Assembly: GCA_051530055.1 (NCBI GenBank)
Contig: CM121342.1
Span: 16,011,480-16,075,479, forward strand
Origin: Neoechinorhynchus agilis
Taxonomy: Eukaryota > Animalia > Acanthocephala
Direction: 5' to 3'
DNA length: 64,000 bases
Shown in pieces: positions 61,046-64,000 of this stretch. The stretch's first letter is position 1; each line of letters starts with the position of its first letter. Position numbers and translations under genes: made by a program. The notes beneath the pieces are model-generated. The model made no database searches. It saw only the letters and a program-made list of their open reading frames with translations, and had not been told where the DNA came from.

Positions 61046-61506
61046 TTTATTCGCGCTTAAAAATCTTTATCGACTTCAGCGCGCATATAAGGCAATTTCA
61101 CTTTGTGGTGTTAGAGATTTAGAAAGTAACGTTATAATCAATTAGTTTCCATACGTTTTTCGGTGCTTAAGGCTTTTCATTTTAAAAGTGGACTTTCCAC
61201 CGTATTTTTCATCGTGGTCCCCATTTTGTGATAAGATCCAAATGCTGAAGCGGTTTTTCTATTCGACATCCTTTAAGATAATAGGATACTATTCAGTAAA
61301 TTCATTTGTTTTTTTTAATGGTTATTACCATATCTTCGATTTTTCTTAAAAAGTCCATTGACGACGCAATGATCATCTTTAAAGCCCGATTTGAAGATGG
61401 ATAATACCGCATCCCGTTTGGACAAAGGTTTTCAATGTCATTCGAATTAAGATACAGCCACGATTTCGTGCCATTCGGGGTCAAGAAATGTGGGCTATTT
61501 CCCAAC

Positions 61507-61733
61507 GGCGAATTGTAACACACTCGAGTTTTATTGAAATCTTCATTGCGAATTTTCAAGGCCTCAGCCTCCATCTCAATCACAAAGCTTACTTGTATTT
61601 TCCTCACAAAACAATGCTTGAGAAGGAGGCTGAAGCCTTGAAAATTCGCAATGAAGATTTCAATAGTATTGCTCGAGTGTGTAACAATTCGCCATTGAGA
61701 ATACACATCCACTCGAAAGAACAATTGGATAAA
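61507..61733. repeat. Foldback repeat (long inverted arms) plus shared tail; second copy at 21759-21918
   Basis: GGCGAATTGTAACACACTCGAG...CTCGAGTGTGTAACAATTCGCC, with arms of about 70 bp here and about 45 bp in the other copy. Confidence 0.85.
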
Positions 61734-62264
61734 ATGGGCTCTGTTGACAAATTCGACCTTGGAATGATGGGGCAACCACAGGGCTAAGACCTTCCTAAGA
61801 AGATAAGTATGGCTGTTTTCCGGACGACACCAGAGTTACTTGCCGACGGCGAGCTGGTCGTGATTGATTATAAATGTTATTCCAAAAAAGAAGAAATGCA
61901 TCTAGTGAACGGACTGATTTTATGATTCTCTTCGATCAAATATACTTTTTATGTTTCCATTTAAACGATGCTTAAATCACATGATCACCATTCGCTTTAT
62001 TAACGGACATTCCATACTCGTATGGAAGATTTATTCTTCGGTTAATGAATGTTCTAATGCCTTTGATTGACAATAATTAGGCTTTGCATTTAAAATTGAT
62101 TGAACATTTTTATGCGGCTAAAATAAAAAGGGTACACGCATTGATTATTTCGAAACTATGGACATTGAGATTTGTTCAGAAAAAGGTCGAGACTTCCAAA
62201 AAAGAACTTTGAGTGCAATCGCAGCTTTCTAAACGATCATTACCTTTCGGTTCGCATTAAACAC

Positions 62265-62690
62265 TCGAGTTCTAATAGGATAAATGAATGCGGCTGTTGA
62301 TTTTGGAGTGGATTGCGGATTCGGTGCGGTGGGAATTGGCGGATATTGTTTGCAGGAGTGCTTGTAAGGTTGGTCTTTCCTGAGGTTCATTTCAAGTTAT
62401 GATATGCGGGAAGATTGGGCAGCATGGAAATAGAGGGATTATGAAACGAATTAGGATTGCAAGTGTTGTGCTCGTATGAAAAGGGGAATAAAATGTGATA
62501 AAAATTGTGGTGGTAGGGTTGAAAGGCGTTTTGATTGTTTGTTGAAAATCTTATAGTCATTCGGTGAGCGGGGGAAAATCAACTGTGCAAATTTTAGAGG
62601 CTCTTCTATGAAACGTTTCAAAGCGACGGATTTGTGATTTGGACAGGTTGAAAAAGACCAGATAGCGTAGGTGAGGAAGGAGTAAAATAA
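62265..62690 (-). mobile_element. L2/CR1-like 3' fragment (family A)
   Basis: IRRFETFHRRASKICTVDFPPLTE...RLSTLPPQF. Confidence 0.7.
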
Positions 62691-62699
62691 AGCTGTAAT

Positions 62700-62960
62700 T
62701 GGAAAACTTACAAGCAACCTTTATCGAGGGCTCACTATTTTGTCCCTTTTGGGGTAGAGACGTATGGAGCGCTCGGCAGCTCGGCACTCTCTCTGCTCCA
62801 GGATCTCTCGAAGAAATTGAGAGAGGCAACCGGAGACTCAAGAGCAGGCGCATTCCTTCGACAAAATATCTCGCTAGCAGTACAACGGGGCAATGCTGCC
62901 AGCGTGATGGCGACGGTCGAGGAAGGACAAAAGCTGGAATTCGGCGGGAGGTGGTGAGTG
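62700..62960 (+). mobile_element. CRE-like 3' fragment
   Basis: HYFVPFGVETYGALG...AGAFLRQNISLAVQRGNAASVMATV in the frame adjacent to the listed ORF. Confidence 0.75.
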
Positions 62961-63019
62961 TGTTAATTGTCGAGAGATGAAGATTGATTGAATACATTTA
63001 TCGTTATTAAAAAAAAACG

Positions 63020-63120
63020 CGTACTAGATTGCGCCGAAATATCGGATGTATTAAATTCTTTTAATTTTTTGCGCCATGAACAAACATGAATAGTTCAATC
63101 TTCAAACATATACCCGTAAT
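63020..63120 (+). mobile_element. PLE pLTR remnant of the 2460/16466 family
   Basis: GATTGCGCCGAAATATCGG...TTTTAATTT...GCGCCA.GAA...AATCTTCAAAC. Confidence 0.6.
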
Positions 63121-64000
63121 AAAAATGATGCGATTTATATCCTCGAGGGATTAATGCATGATACGATGGGGCAAATCCAGAGCAACGATGGATGATTGCC
63201 GGAGTGGAGAAGGCGTATCATTACAGAAGTGAATCGGACGGTTGATTGATTTTGATAGTGTTCCTCCTTTTGCTCTTGTTCCTCCTCGTTCAGATGTTTC
63301 TTCGATCGTTTGTTCGGTCGTAGCTTTCTTGGTTGCTACTTCAGCTGGATCGCTTTCGCTTTTCCTATCGTTACCTTTTATCCCAGTCACAATATCATAC
63401 CCTTCCACCGTAATTTTAGAATCATAAAGTACTAGTAATTATCGAAATATTCGCAATCTTTAGAGCACCATTCGTTTCCAAACAAATCTTCCTTTGAGTT
63501 TGGCATACTGATGGCATCTACAAAAATCGCATTCTCTTTCATGGCCGCTTCACTAGTAGATTTCTGCAAACCTTAATCTTGCTTCTTAGAAATTAACTTT
63601 GAAACCTTTTTCTGCCTCTTTGCACCGTTAGATTTATTGTTTTTGCACTTTTTAATTTAGATCAACTGTTCACTTCTAGGAGCTTCCTTTTTGCACTGAA
63701 TAGCATCCGCTAATATATCTTTAGCTGTGCTCATCACTTCAGTCAATGAGCCCTTGCGAGTATTAGTAACTCACTAAAAGCTCTTCTTTAGTGCAACATC
63801 GATAAGAGCCGGGCCCGGTATACTGTTCATTGATTTGATTGTAAGTTTAGATTAGACGACGAGGGAGAGTAGACGACGAAAAATACTCTTTATTACTCAG
63901 AAGGTGATATGAACATCTTCGAACATCAAGAATGAATGCACCTCTTATTTCAGATATCTCCCCGTGTAGTATCCCCGCATAAAGGTGCCAAGAATCCTTC

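Noticed and set aside
60126-61145. 339 aa and 188 aa repeat proteins
   Set aside because: The unit length is a multiple of 3, so one open frame propagates. Some units have stops and variation is not biased to synonymous sites. Treated as satellite pending dN/dS.
63151-63830. Minus-strand coding-like stretch at the window end
   Set aside because: It has multiple in-frame stops and no recognisable domain. It may be a decayed gene or element.

Overview
A compact, AT-rich metazoan genomic window. It has a nuclear receptor and CFAP298, uses the standard code with all three stops, and has mostly short GT-AG introns (about 35-60 nt). About 14 recognisable genes are present: PSMB3, an NR1-like nuclear receptor, ST13/Hip, TOM1-like, SLC22, COLGALT-like, RRP7A, COQ8/ADCK3, ZDHHC5/8, SLC16, eRF1, EIF1AD, CFAP298 and VAC14. 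Three orphan ORFs are also present. These genes are interspersed with Penelope-like, CRE-like, L2/CR1-like and Gypsy retroelements and two tandem arrays (103-104 bp and 162 bp). The main observation is that several otherwise intact conserved genes (ST13, SLC22, COQ8 twice, probably SLC16 twice) are interrupted by 50-565 nt stop-containing inserts. Either no in-frame GT-AG splice removes them, or the GT-AG option damages conserved sequence. They have inverted-repeat ends and mostly short flanking direct repeats, and can be drawn as A...AN introns. A canonical TOM1 intron with a 16/17 bp terminal hairpin looks like a GT-AG member of the same class. This suggests hairpin-defined non-canonical (introner-like) introns or IES-like DNA excision. 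A second highlight is a two-copy hammerhead ribozyme in a non-circularly permuted strand order; one copy lies behind a tRNA-like head inside a roughly 385 bp unit. Also notable are variant-core minimal hammerheads, eRF1 NIKS changed to NIKN, and a LINE nested in a Gypsy LTR with one in-frame TAG between its APE and RT domains. All calls were made by eye from the sequence. No database searches were run and the species was not identified.
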